A stretch of DNA of 60,238 nucleotides, taken from Ignavibacteriales bacterium (GTDB lineage: Bacteria > Bacteroidota > Ignavibacteria > UBA10030). The position numbers were made by a program, and so were the translations under genes. The notes under the pieces were generated by a model. That model had not been told where the DNA came from, made no database searches, and worked only from the letters and a program-made list of their open reading frames with translations. Location: NCBI GenBank assembly GCA_016186715.1, contig JACPLA010000085.1:1-60238 (forward strand). Direction: 5' to 3'. How positions within the stretch are numbered: position 1 is the stretch's first letter; each line of letters begins with the position of its first letter. Shown one piece after another: positions 46,299 to 56,401 of the stretch.

Positions 46299-47225
46299 TT
46301 AGGATGGGCTGTCAATCAGGCCCGCCAGATTTTCGTAGAAGATCTTCTTGATCTCCGGGGTGGGGATTCGCATTTCCTGCACGAGCTTGAGTTGGTTGTC
46401 AAGAATATCGTAGCGATAACCCCTCGGCATCATTCCCGAGTCGGATCCAAACAAGATTCTACCCGCACCGAACACTTCGAGCGCCTTTTGGTAAACCTTT
46501 CTCAGGTCGGGTTTCTCGGGATGGTGTTCCATCCAGGAGTTTGATCCGGCCGTGTCGACGTAGACATTCGGACATTGTTTTCCGACCTCCAGGGTTTCGG
46601 TAAACTTCCCGGCGCCGAAGTTCGGGATAACCCATCTGACTTGTGGGAACTTCTTCGCAACGGGAATCAGGTCTCGCGGATCGGCAAACGCGTCGTTGAT
46701 CACCGTCGGGACACCGGCAAAGTCGCGCGGTCTGATCAGTAATTTCCCGAAATGGACAAACACGATCCCCTTTGACTCCTGAACCAGGTTGTACAACGGA
46801 TAGAGCCATTCGTCGTTCACACCGATTTGATACAATGATGGGTACAGGAAGATTCCCCGAAGTTTGTCCTGCTTGAGCCGTTTTTCCGTGTTCTCCATCA
46901 ACATGTTTGAATTCGGGTCCACGGTGAAGAATCCGGTAAAACGTTTCGGATACGCCTGAACCGCCTGAACAACGGAGTCCTCATCTCCCGGCATGCTGCC
47001 GATGAGTATCAGACGCTCGATCTTCCATTTATCGATGGCGTCCGCCCATCGCTTCGCAAGCTGAACCGGATCTTCGCCGGGGATTTCAATATGACCCTTC
47101 ATGGCGATGTTCTTCAGCTCTGAACTGATATCTGCCCGGTTCGGTTTTTGCTTGACTAGAAAGCGAAAGAAGGAATTGGAATAGAAGTGGACGTGAGCGT
47201 CGAATATCTTGAACAATCCGATCAT
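46299..47225 (-). CDS. Amidohydrolase family protein (Amidohydro_2-like)
   Basis: DAHVH, VHFG, PNVYVDTAG and RILFGSD motifs. Confidence 0.88.
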   Translation of the reverse strand: MIGLFKIFDAHVHFYSNSFFRFLVKQKPNRADISSELKNIAMKGHIEIPGEDPVQLAKRWADAIDKWKIERLILIGSMPGDEDSVVQAVQAYPKRFTGFFTVDPNSNMLMENTEKRLKQDKLRGIFLYPSLYQIGVNDEWLYPLYNLVQESKGIVFVHFGKLLIRPRDFAGVPTVINDAFADPRDLIPVAKKFPQVRWVIPNFGAGKFTETLEVGKQCPNVYVDTAGSNSWMEHHPEKPDLRKVYQKALEVFGAGRILFGSDSGMMPRGYRYDILDNQLKLVQEMRIPTPEIKKIFYENLAGLIDSPS

Positions 47226-47243
47226 CGAAACGTTTGGTTTCTG

Positions 47244-48086
47244 TTAGACAAAAATGAGTTCCGGCACAGCGGGAATGAGCTTCTTTTCCGATCCGAGCGT
47301 GAAAAGCGTTTCAAGAGCCTTCCTGCCCCGTTCTCCCATATCGACAGTGAGTTCGCTGACATACATCCTCACAAAGCGCCCGCCTAAATCTTCCCCGATG
47401 CCGCGTCCGTATTGCAGGGCATACGGGATAGCCTCCTTCTGATGAGTGTATCCGAAATGAATGCTTTGTCTCAGACCGTACGACAGCTTTCGGGCCAGAT
47501 CGATTCCCAGATCTTTTCGAACGACATCGAGCCCTAGGGGGAGGGGGAGACCATTGAACTTCCGAGCCCAGAATTCCCCGAAATCGACAATTTTTCTAAA
47601 CCCCTGTTCCGCGTAGGTGATCTGCCCCTCGTGAATCAGCAGCCCGGCGTCGAATTCGCCGCTTGCAACGCGATCCATGATCTGGTCAAACGGGATATCA
47701 ACCTGATCGACTCCATCGGTGAAGAGTTTGAAGAGGAGAGTGGCTGTTGTAAGCTCCCCGGGAGTTGCCACCCTTTTTCCGGCGAGGTCATCAAGGGAAG
47801 AATACTGTTTGGAGACAAGAACGGGGCCATATCCCTCGCCCATGCTCGCGCCGGTGGTCATGATCCAATATCTGTTTGCGACGTGAGCGTATGCATGAGC
47901 CGAGATTGCCGAGACTTCCAATTCACCCTTTAATGCCCTCAGGTTGAGCGATTGGATATCCTCGAGCAGGTGATCGATCGTAACTCCTTCCAGCTTGACT
48001 TTGCCGCTTGAAAGACCATAAAACATGAACGCGTCGTCCGGATCGGGGCTGTGCCCAACCCGGATCACTTTATCCCTGAGTGGCAT
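47244..48086 (-). CDS. mqnD: 1,4-dihydroxy-6-naphthoate synthase
   Basis: GHSPDPDDAFMF, DIQSLN, GYGP, PGELTTA, IHEG and PLPLG motifs; start may extend to 48119 or 48140. Confidence 0.93.
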   Translation of the reverse strand: MPLRDKVIRVGHSPDPDDAFMFYGLSSGKVKLEGVTIDHLLEDIQSLNLRALKGELEVSAISAHAYAHVANRYWIMTTGASMGEGYGPVLVSKQYSSLDDLAGKRVATPGELTTATLLFKLFTDGVDQVDIPFDQIMDRVASGEFDAGLLIHEGQITYAEQGFRKIVDFGEFWARKFNGLPLPLGLDVVRKDLGIDLARKLSYGLRQSIHFGYTHQKEAIPYALQYGRGIGEDLGGRFVRMYVSELTVDMGERGRKALETLFTLGSEKKLIPAVPELIFV

Positions 48087-48885
48087 CTGCGGACGTGCCG
48101 TTTGTTCCCTTCGTTCCATAGTAGATTGTTGCGATGCCAAAGGTTAGTTCGTGGAATTGGACGCCGGAAAAACCTGCGGTTTGCAGGATGGTCAGAATCT
48201 CCCTCCTGTCGGGAAATTCGCGGATTGTGTTGGGGAGGTACTCGTAAGCATCACGGTTCTTTGAAACAAGGCCTCCAACGAAGGGCAGAATATGTTTCGA
48301 ATAGAAGCTATAGAGCTTCCGAATCGGAAAGAAGTGCGGCCGTGAAAACTCGAGAATAAGAACGGCGCCGCCCGGTCGAAGGACCCGACACATTTCCGCA
48401 AGTCCGCCCTCCAGCGACGAAAAATTCCGAATGCCAAACGCGACGATTACGGCGTCGAACATTTTGTCCGAAAACGGCAACTGTTCCGCCGCCCCTGCTT
48501 GAAAGGAAACCATAGTTTCGAGGTTCCGACGTACGGCCTTCCGGGCGGCCACGCGCAGCATCTCTGTGGATACATCGATTCCAATGATTTCGCGGGGACG
48601 AAGCCGGGAGGCCTCAAAAGCAAAATCTCCCGTCCCCGTTGCCACGTCGAGAATGCTCTGTGGCTTCAAGGGTCGAAGAAGACGAACAGCCCTTTTTCGC
48701 CACAGGATGTCAATGCCGGAACTCAGCAGGTGATTGAGGAAATCATACCTGCCGGCGATTCGATCAAAGAGGTTGCGAACGTACAGAGGATCGTATGGAG
48801 TGCGATGATTCGGCAAGGAATCTTCCGGAATATGGGCAAGGTCACCGGTGTTTTGTGTTGTGATTGTTACTGGCTGTGAATGCAC
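48070..48885 (-). CDS. ubiE: Demethylmenaquinone methyltransferase UbiE/MenG
   Basis: FDRIAGRYDFLNHLLS, LDVATGTGD, AFGIRN, RVLRPGG and AYEYLP motifs. Confidence 0.95.
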   Translation of the reverse strand: MHSQPVTITTQNTGDLAHIPEDSLPNHRTPYDPLYVRNLFDRIAGRYDFLNHLLSSGIDILWRKRAVRLLRPLKPQSILDVATGTGDFAFEASRLRPREIIGIDVSTEMLRVAARKAVRRNLETMVSFQAGAAEQLPFSDKMFDAVIVAFGIRNFSSLEGGLAEMCRVLRPGGAVLILEFSRPHFFPIRKLYSFYSKHILPFVGGLVSKNRDAYEYLPNTIREFPDRREILTILQTAGFSGVQFHELTFGIATIYYGTKGTNGTSADATQG

Positions 48886-48945
48886 GGAATAATCAGGGAG
48901 TCGATAGCAGATCGGTGGAATCGGGACGACGGAAAGAACGGATTG

Positions 48946-48974
48946 AATATACGGAACATCGTTATGAATTCCAA
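48946..48974 (-). promoter_or_regulatory. Promoter for ubiE-mqnD-amidohydrolase
   Basis: Minus strand TTGGAA-N17-TATATT. Confidence 0.55.
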
Positions 48975-48991
48975 TGCAAAAAGCAGACGGA

Positions 48992-49020
48992 TTGCTTTTG
49001 AACTCTCCAACTGCTACTTT
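48992..49020 (+). promoter_or_regulatory. Divergent promoter for lipoprotein-TBDR
   Basis: TTGCTT-N17-TACTTT with extended TG. Confidence 0.45.
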
Positions 49021-49029
49021 TTCCCAGCG

Positions 49030-49548
49030 ATGAATCGAGCCATTCTTGCAGGTCTCTGTTTCTTCCTTCTGCTTTCAGGCTGCGACGGTGGACTGACGCC
49101 GCCCCCGACCGTCGAGCCAGGCATCGCCGGTACGCTGACGGTGTTTGGTCCCTGGCCTCCTCAGGATAGTGTGAAATCCTTGTGGCTCTTTGCCTCGCAA
49201 ATTTTTCCGCTTGATTCCTCAAAAATTGTGAGCGGAATTTTTCAAGGAAAGATCTTCGTTTATCCCCCTTGTTGTGTCCAACCCTCTTCATTTGATGCAT
49301 CACTCCCCTATGGTTTCAATAACATGTCTTTTCACTTCCCCCTTCCTCTGGCAACGTATTTCTACATCGGGGTCCTCCAACGATTCGGCGATAACCTCGT
49401 GGAACCTCGAAGTTATCGCGTTGTTGGCGTCCTTACCAACCCGGCGGATCCTTTGCTCCCACAGGAAGTAACAGTCGGTGAATTCGAAGTTGTGTCGAAT
49501 CTTTCCATCAATGTCGATTTTTATAACCTTCCGCCTCAGCCTTTTTGA
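49030..49548 (+). CDS. Hypothetical lipoprotein
   Basis: MNRAILAGLCFFLLLSGC lipobox; stop abuts TBDR start. Confidence 0.75.
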   Translation: MNRAILAGLCFFLLLSGCDGGLTPPPTVEPGIAGTLTVFGPWPPQDSVKSLWLFASQIFPLDSSKIVSGIFQGKIFVYPPCCVQPSSFDASLPYGFNNMSFHFPLPLATYFYIGVLQRFGDNLVEPRSYRVVGVLTNPADPLLPQEVTVGEFEVVSNLSINVDFYNLPPQPF

Positions 49549-51779
49549 TGATGATGCACCTTTATATCGTCTTTCTCTTTGTTGCCCTAGAGTTTTGTGT
49601 GGCCCAGCCGCTACGGGGGGTGATTTCCGGAACGGTCAGGGATTCGGCGACGGGACAGGCGCTTATCGGCGCCAACGTAATTGTCCGTGGCACTGTGGTG
49701 GGCGCAGCGACCGACCGCAGCGGGTCGTTCCGTCTTTCTTTCCTCCCTCCCGGTACTTATACGGTTCGGGCCTCCATGATCGGCTATGCCAGCGCACAGA
49801 AAACGGAGGTCCGAGTCATGCCCGGGGGCGAAACGGAGATTTCGTTTTCCTTGACCCCGGTGATCATCGAAACGGAGCCGGTGGTGGTTACTGCGAGCAG
49901 GCGGGAACAAAATCTTCGCGAAGTTCCCGTGAGTATTACTACCGTGACGGCGGGCAATCTTCAGGAACGAAATATCATTACCATGGACGAAGCGTTAAGG
50001 TATGTCCCGGGCGTCAACTTACTGCAGGATCAGGTGAATATCCGCGGGTCCTCGGGATACAGTCGGGGCGTGGGCAGCAGGGTGCTCCTTTTGCTGGACG
50101 GCCTTCCGTTTCTTACAGGAGACACTGGAGAAATCAACTGGGAGACGATTCCCGTTGGAGAGGTCGAAAGGGTTGAGATCGTTAAAGGCGCCGGCTCCGC
50201 GTTGTATGGCTCGAGTGCCTTGGGGGGCGTGATTAATGTTCTTACCCGCGAAATGCCCGACAATCCGGAACTCCGCTATCGCGTGTTTACGGGCGTCTAT
50301 GACCGGCCTCGGTTTGCCGAATGGGACTGGTCTGATCGACTGAGACTGAATAGCGGCGGGGTGTTCAGTTATGCGAATGCGTTCGGCTCGCTTCGTTATC
50401 TCCTCAGTGTGTCCCGCACGGTCGACGAAAGTTATCGGGAAAACGATACGTACCATCGCTGGATGTTCTTTGGGAAGGCAAAATATCTGATGTCGGAGAA
50501 CCGAAGTCTCTCCGTGGTTTTTAATTTGCTTCGTCGGACCCATGGTAACTTCTTCTGGTGGAAAAGTCTGCGTGAGGCCACGATCCCTCCGGAAAGTCAG
50601 AGAAACGGAATGGTCACGAGTAACCGGGGCCATGTGAGCACGTCGTACAAGGAATTCCTGTCGGACCGCCTCTTCTACACGGTGAAGGGAATGTATTTCG
50701 GAAACTTCTGGAGGGATGACAGCCTGGGAAGAGTCAACAACGTGTCCTCATCGCACGTTTTCCAATTGGATATGCAAGTGACCTATGAAGTGAACAGTCG
50801 AAGCATCTTTATGGCTGGGATTGCCGGGAACGTCGACGAAGTCTCTTCGAACCTCTTTGGCCGGCATCGCGGATACGGAATTGCGGCGTATGCACAGGAA
50901 GAATTCGTCCCATTCGATCCCGTGCGTTTGACGATTGGAGCCCGGTACGACATGCAGAAGGCTTCCGCACTGGCGGCCGCGGCGCGGTTAAGTCCAAAAC
51001 TTGCCGTTGCCGTTCCCGTTTCAAATGAAACAACCTTTCGGGGCTCAATAGGCGCCGGGTTCCGCTATCCGTCGATCGGCGAATTGTTTATCTCAAGTTC
51101 CACGAACGTGAGTCAAATCGTCATCCTGCCCAACCTGAATCTGAGACCCGAAAAAAGCCTGACGTTTGAACTGGGATTTGCCCATACGATCGGTTCTGCT
51201 GTTGCTCTCGATGGAGCCGTGTTCTGGAACGATTTCAAGGATCTGATTGAACCCAGCGTCAAAATCAAGAAAATCAAACTAAACCCTACGGATACTGTTG
51301 AAGTTAACCGTGCAGTAATTGAATTTGAGAATGTCACAACGGCACGGGTGCAAGGAGCTGAAATTGCCGTCAAAACCCAGTGGTTTGGCCGGACGTTGTC
51401 AACGGATGTCGGATACACTTACATCTGGCCAAGGGATCTTGATCAGAATGCGATCCTGAAGTTCCGGCCGCGTCATCTTCTCTACGGATCGGCATCGCTG
51501 GCGGTCTCGGACGTAAAGCTGTCGTGCGATTACCGTTACATCAGTCGTGTCGAGCGCATCGACGACAATCTGATACGTCTTGCTCCGATCATTCACGGAG
51601 ATCGGCGAGTACCCATTCATGTCATGGACGTCCGAGTTTCCTCCCTCTTCTCTCCGTTCAATGTTCCCGTTCGGGTGGGGGCGATTGTCAACAACCTCTT
51701 CAACTATCACTATGTCGAGCTTGTGGGGAACCTCGCGCCGGTTCGGACGTACATGGTCACGCTTGAAGGCGCGTTATGA
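49548..51779 (+). CDS. TonB-dependent receptor with N-terminal carboxypeptidase-regulatory-like domain
   Basis: VVVTASR TonB box, IRG, LLDG, VEIVKGAGSALYGSSALGGVIN, NLRPE and NNLFN motifs. Confidence 0.94.
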   Translation: MMMHLYIVFLFVALEFCVAQPLRGVISGTVRDSATGQALIGANVIVRGTVVGAATDRSGSFRLSFLPPGTYTVRASMIGYASAQKTEVRVMPGGETEISFSLTPVIIETEPVVVTASRREQNLREVPVSITTVTAGNLQERNIITMDEALRYVPGVNLLQDQVNIRGSSGYSRGVGSRVLLLLDGLPFLTGDTGEINWETIPVGEVERVEIVKGAGSALYGSSALGGVINVLTREMPDNPELRYRVFTGVYDRPRFAEWDWSDRLRLNSGGVFSYANAFGSLRYLLSVSRTVDESYRENDTYHRWMFFGKAKYLMSENRSLSVVFNLLRRTHGNFFWWKSLREATIPPESQRNGMVTSNRGHVSTSYKEFLSDRLFYTVKGMYFGNFWRDDSLGRVNNVSSSHVFQLDMQVTYEVNSRSIFMAGIAGNVDEVSSNLFGRHRGYGIAAYAQEEFVPFDPVRLTIGARYDMQKASALAAAARLSPKLAVAVPVSNETTFRGSIGAGFRYPSIGELFISSSTNVSQIVILPNLNLRPEKSLTFELGFAHTIGSAVALDGAVFWNDFKDLIEPSVKIKKIKLNPTDTVEVNRAVIEFENVTTARVQGAEIAVKTQWFGRTLSTDVGYTYIWPRDLDQNAILKFRPRHLLYGSASLAVSDVKLSCDYRYISRVERIDDNLIRLAPIIHGDRRVPIHVMDVRVSSLFSPFNVPVRVGAIVNNLFNYHYVELVGNLAPVRTYMVTLEGAL

Positions 51780-51842
51780 GTCGTCCTTGAATTCGACCGA
51801 AGAGAAGCGTATGTTACGACGAAGAACGACTTCGATTGCCGG

Positions 51843-52655
51843 ATGTATATCGATTCCCATGCTCATCTCTTCGACAAAGAACTTTTGCCCGATCTGGACG
51901 GTGTCCTTCGTCGTGCTTGGGACGCGGGGATCGGTGCAATCGTTGTTCCCGGAACGAACGCAGAAACAAGCGAACAGGCGATAGAGCTGGCCGAGCGATA
52001 CGATTGGGTGTTTGCCTGCGTCGGGTACCATCCCCACGAGGCTGCGAAGGCGACGGACCCGGATCTGGCCAGAATCGAGCAGCTTGCAACGCATACGAAG
52101 GTAGTGGCTATCGGCGAGATCGGGCTGGACTACCACTACGATTTTTCTCCCAGAGAACGTCAGCGGCGTGTGTTTCTCCAACAGACCGAAATCGCCGTGC
52201 GAATGAACCTTCCGGTCGTAGTCCATACCAGGGATTCGATTCCTGACGCATTGGATATTGCACGAAGGGCGGCGAGTTCCCATGAGGGATGGAAAGGAGC
52301 GGTCGATGCGGATCGGCGCGTCAAAGGGGGACGGGGAGTCTTTCATTGTTTTACCGGCTCCGCTGAGGAGGCGCAAGAATTATTCTCGCTTGGATACACA
52401 GTTTCGTATCCCGGAATTGTCACATTCAAGAATTCTTCTGTTCTTGAGACTTTGCGATCCATTGGGTATGAGAGCATTCTCCTGGAGACCGATGCGCCTT
52501 ACCTCACGCCGGTCCCCTATCGCGGAAAGACCAATGAGCCGTCCTATCTTCCGTTGATTGCCAACAGAATTGCGGAGATCTTTCAGACGAGTCCCTCGGT
52601 CATAGCCGAACAGACAACGAGGAACGCAACAAGGCTTTTTTCACTGCCGGAATAG
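51843..52655 (+). CDS. tatD: TatD family hydrolase
   Basis: DSHAHL, GYHPH, IGEIGLDY, VHTR, FHCF and LETDAPYL motifs. Confidence 0.95.
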   Translation: MYIDSHAHLFDKELLPDLDGVLRRAWDAGIGAIVVPGTNAETSEQAIELAERYDWVFACVGYHPHEAAKATDPDLARIEQLATHTKVVAIGEIGLDYHYDFSPRERQRRVFLQQTEIAVRMNLPVVVHTRDSIPDALDIARRAASSHEGWKGAVDADRRVKGGRGVFHCFTGSAEEAQELFSLGYTVSYPGIVTFKNSSVLETLRSIGYESILLETDAPYLTPVPYRGKTNEPSYLPLIANRIAEIFQTSPSVIAEQTTRNATRLFSLPE

Positions 52656-52657
52656 CT

Positions 52658-53353
52658 ATGTCGGAACCTCCCAGCATTCTCGACATTCTGGGTCCGATCA
52701 TGATCGGGCCGTCCAGCTCTCACACGGCGGGAGCCAGCCGGATCGGGTTTATCGCCCGTCAGCTTTTGAATGACAAGCCTTCAAGGGCCGAGATTACGCT
52801 CTATAATTCGTTTGCCAAAACACACAAAGGACACGGAACGGACCGGGCACTTGTCGGAGGGATTCTCGGATTCGGCCCCGATGATACGCGAATCAGGAAT
52901 TCCTTCGAACTGGCGAAGAAGGAAGGACTGGAATGGGAATTCAAATTTAGCAGCGATTTCAATCGGTTCCATTCCAATACGGCCAGGATCAAGCTGACCG
53001 GGGAGCAGGGGGGGAGCGTAGATCTGACAGGCGCTTCGTTGGGAGGAGGGCGGATCAGGATTCAGGAGATCGAAGGGTTCAAAGTGGATTTCAATGCGCA
53101 GACGCATACCCTCGTGATCATTGCCGAAGATATTCCCGGGAGTATCAAGAATATCAGTGGGGCGATTGCAGAACGCGGAACGAATATTGCAAACATGTAC
53201 GTGTCACGGAACGAGCAACTGGCAAACATGGTTCTGGAGATGGATCAGTCTGTCGATAAGGAGACGTTGAAAAAGATCGAGTCCTTTCCATGGGTGAAAT
53301 TTGTCCGGCGGGTGGAACCGATGATCGAAGGAACCTCGAGGTACGAAAAATGA
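52658..53353 (+). CDS. sdaAB: L-serine dehydratase, Fe-S dependent, beta subunit with ACT domain
   Basis: GPIMIGPSSSHTAGA, GHGTDRA and SLGGG motifs. Confidence 0.95.
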   Translation: MSEPPSILDILGPIMIGPSSSHTAGASRIGFIARQLLNDKPSRAEITLYNSFAKTHKGHGTDRALVGGILGFGPDDTRIRNSFELAKKEGLEWEFKFSSDFNRFHSNTARIKLTGEQGGSVDLTGASLGGGRIRIQEIEGFKVDFNAQTHTLVIIAEDIPGSIKNISGAIAERGTNIANMYVSRNEQLANMVLEMDQSVDKETLKKIESFPWVKFVRRVEPMIEGTSRYEK

Positions 53354-53363
53354 AGGAGTGAGT

Positions 53364-54254
53364 ATGGAGTTCAATTATCTGTCCGAAATTGTCGACTATT
53401 GCAGACGGGAAGGGAAAGACATCGCTCAGGCAATGGTGGATTATGAAATCAGGAACAAAGGTACGACGCGTGAACGAGTCTACGAAGGATTGAAACGGAT
53501 CCTGATCGTCATGGAGGAATCGGTAGAGCAGGGATTGACTCAGCAAGTGATCACGCCCAGCGGGATGTTGAACAATTGGGCAAAGCGAATTTATCAGAGT
53601 CCAAAGGAAACGCTCGGAGTGGCGTTGAAAAAAGCTGTTGCCAGAGCTGTTGCCGTTGGGGAGGTCAATGCTTGCATGGGAAAGATCGCAGCGGCTCCCA
53701 CGGCCGGCTCAGCCGGGATCATGCCGGCGGTTCTCGTGACCATGATCGAAGAACACGGGATTTCCCGTCAGCGGATACTGGATGCGCTCCTGGTTGCATC
53801 CGCGGTGGGGCTCGTATTCGCCAAGAATTCTTCCTTTGCGGGATCCGAGGCGGGATGCATGGGGGAAACTGGAAGCGCGGCGGCCATGGCTGCTGCCTCG
53901 ATTACCTATCTCCTGGGAGGTTCCGACGAGCAGATTCTCGAGTCCATCGGATTCGCTCTCAAGGCGTCGATGGGCCTTGTCTGTGACCCTGTTGGGGGAC
54001 TCGTCGAAGAGCCCTGCACAACGAGAAATGCCGTCGGGGTTGCCAACGCGTTTGTCTCGGCTCAAATGGCTCTTGCCGGCATCAAGAGTCTGATCCCTGC
54101 CGATGAGGTCATCCTGGCAACCAAGGAAGTCGGCGATCTGATGTCCCCAAAACTCAAGGAATCCGGTCAAGGCGGCCTTGCCAACACGAAAACAGGCAGA
54201 GAAATTCAAAAAAAGGTTTTCAAGATTGTGAAGGAAGAGGGACGCTCTTCCTGA
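53364..54254 (+). CDS. sdaAA: L-serine dehydratase, Fe-S dependent, alpha subunit
   Basis: [19 protein letters not shown] and [15 protein letters not shown] motifs. Confidence 0.94.
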   Translation: MEFNYLSEIVDYCRREGKDIAQAMVDYEIRNKGTTRERVYEGLKRILIVMEESVEQGLTQQVITPSGMLNNWAKRIYQSPKETLGVALKKAVARAVAVGEVNACMGKIAAAPTAGSAGIMPAVLVTMIEEHGISRQRILDALLVASAVGLVFAKNSSFAGSEAGCMGETGSAAAMAAASITYLLGGSDEQILESIGFALKASMGLVCDPVGGLVEEPCTTRNAVGVANAFVSAQMALAGIKSLIPADEVILATKEVGDLMSPKLKESGQGGLANTKTGREIQKKVFKIVKEEGRSS

Positions 54255-54280
54255 ATCCGGGGTTCACTCCGCCGCAGTTC

Positions 54281-56401
54281 ATGAGAAGGCTGATTTTTCC
54301 ACTGGGTCTCATTCTTTTTTTTCTTATCCCCGCTGAAGCCCAAAAGCTGACGAGGGACGAGCAGGAAATTCTTTGGCGTCAGGATCAACGAATTGTTGAC
54401 GACACCGTTCTTGTCCGTTATCTGAGCCACAAAGAATCCCGAATCAGAAAACAGGCCGCGATGGCGCTGGCGAATATTCAGGATTCGACGACCATTCCTT
54501 TTCTTCTCCCTCTTCTTCATGACAGATATTCGTCGGTGCGGTCGGCGGCGGCGTTTGCTCTTGGCCAGATCGGATCCGCGCTGCCGGAAGGCGACCTTGC
54601 CGAGCGTCTTCGGCAGGAAACAAACGCCGACGTGATTGCCCGTTTGCTCGAGTCGCTCGGGAAAACCGGAAGTGTGGACAGTTATGATGACGTCGTTGCC
54701 TTTGGATTACCGCGCAAACTATCAGGCCTCAAAGCCGATATTGCCATGAGTGTGGCGCGATTTGCTTTGCGGAACATCAAGTCCGATCGCGGAGTCGTGC
54801 TGTGCTTTGACCTTCTGGAAGAGGAAGATACGCGGGTGCAATGGAACGCTTTGTATGCGCTCTGGCGGATGGCCCCGCTCCCCGCGATTGACGATGAAAT
54901 TACGAAACGAAAAGCCCGGTTGAAGAAGCTGGCGGTCGACCGTGCCGCAGATGTCCGAATGCATCTTGCGACTCTTCTTGGAAAAACCAAGTCACCGGAC
55001 GCCGAAGAACTCCTCCAGACTATTCACCAGGCCGAATCGAGGAAGGGGATGAGCGATTGGCGGGTTCAGGTGAATCTCCTCCGGTCCCTTGCGGCGGTGT
55101 TTCCACGAAGCGATCGCGCTCTCAAAAGTCTCATGTCGTTCTTACATTCCGGTAATGAACACGTTCTCATCGCCAGTATCACAGCGGTCGGAGGATTGCC
55201 CAGGGAAGCGGTCAGAAAGTCGTCGGAAGCCGAAAACCTTCGAAAACGCTTGGAACAGCTTGCCAGGCCGTCTTCGCGACGGGCCGAAATCATCAGGGGA
55301 GAAGCGATTGTCGCCATAGCCCGGTTGTATCCTGCTGATTTCGCTTATCGAACTCTTCTCGAAGATGGCAAGTCCTCGAACTTCCTCCGTTCCAAGGTGG
55401 TAGAGGCGATGTGCATGATTCCTTCAGGCGAGAATCTCGAGTTGGTGCTGAGTCATTTGGAGGACGATTCGTTGCGCGTTGCCATGGCTGCCTGGGATTT
55501 CATTCGCAAACTGCTCGCGCCCCAGAGTTTCCGGATCGTCCTCAAGGATACGAGTGTGACAAGAGGGCTTGGGGCGAGGCTATTTCGGAAAGCAAAGGTG
55601 TCACTGCTCAGGGAAGACATGGCGATCACGACTTTGGTCGCCATGGCTCTTGGCGATTCGACCGTCTTTTCGTTTCTGAGCTTGGAAGGATATGCCGAAC
55701 GCGTTGTTGAAGAGCTCATGCTTGCCTACGGCAAATTATCATCGCCAGGCGACGTCGAGCCAATGCATGCGATCCTGGAAACCCTTGGAAAATCCGGCGA
55801 TATACGAGCTATTCCCGTGCTCGAGCGAGCCCTCGGTGATCGGGATCGGACGGTCGCCCTCGTTGCTGCATCGGCTCTTCAGAAAATCACCGGTCAAGAC
55901 CATGGATTGGCCGTCCCTTCTTCGTCAAAGCCGATCTTTACCGACTACGACTGGAAAACGCTTGAGACTATTCCTCAGAAACAGACCGTCGAGATCAGAA
56001 CCAGCAAAGGGGCAATCGAGTTGCGTCTCCGTAAGTCGGACGCGCCCTTCACGGTCCTGAGTTTCTACAAGCTTGTCAGAAAAAAATTCTACAACGGCTT
56101 GACTTTTCATCGGGTAATTCCGAATTTTGTGATTCAAGGGGGGGATCCGCGTGGCGATGGTTGGGGCGGACCGAACTACGCAATCCGATCGGAGTTTTCC
56201 CTTCTGACTTTTGGGAGAGGGGAGGTCGGAATCGCAAGTGCAGGGAAGGATACGGAGGGATGTCAGTTCTTCATTACCCACTCACCACAACCCCACCTTG
56301 ACGGCCGCTATACGATCTTTGCCACTGTTCTTTCGGGAATGGACGTCGTGGACAAGATTCAGATCGGCGACAAAATCCTCAGCATCAGGCTGAAGCGCTA
56401 A
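54281..56401 (+). CDS. Secreted HEAT-repeat protein with C-terminal cyclophilin PPIase
   Basis: Signal peptide; [15 protein letters not shown] repeats; [19 protein letters not shown] and HLDGRYT motifs. Confidence 0.92.
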   Translation: MRRLIFPLGLILFFLIPAEAQKLTRDEQEILWRQDQRIVDDTVLVRYLSHKESRIRKQAAMALANIQDSTTIPFLLPLLHDRYSSVRSAAAFALGQIGSALPEGDLAERLRQETNADVIARLLESLGKTGSVDSYDDVVAFGLPRKLSGLKADIAMSVARFALRNIKSDRGVVLCFDLLEEEDTRVQWNALYALWRMAPLPAIDDEITKRKARLKKLAVDRAADVRMHLATLLGKTKSPDAEELLQTIHQAESRKGMSDWRVQVNLLRSLAAVFPRSDRALKSLMSFLHSGNEHVLIASITAVGGLPREAVRKSSEAENLRKRLEQLARPSSRRAEIIRGEAIVAIARLYPADFAYRTLLEDGKSSNFLRSKVVEAMCMIPSGENLELVLSHLEDDSLRVAMAAWDFIRKLLAPQSFRIVLKDTSVTRGLGARLFRKAKVSLLREDMAITTLVAMALGDSTVFSFLSLEGYAERVVEELMLAYGKLSSPGDVEPMHAILETLGKSGDIRAIPVLERALGDRDRTVALVAASALQKITGQDHGLAVPSSSKPIFTDYDWKTLETIPQKQTVEIRTSKGAIELRLRKSDAPFTVLSFYKLVRKKFYNGLTFHRVIPNFVIQGGDPRGDGWGGPNYAIRSEFSLLTFGRGEVGIASAGKDTEGCQFFITHSPQPHLDGRYTIFATVLSGMDVVDKIQIGDKILSIRLKR

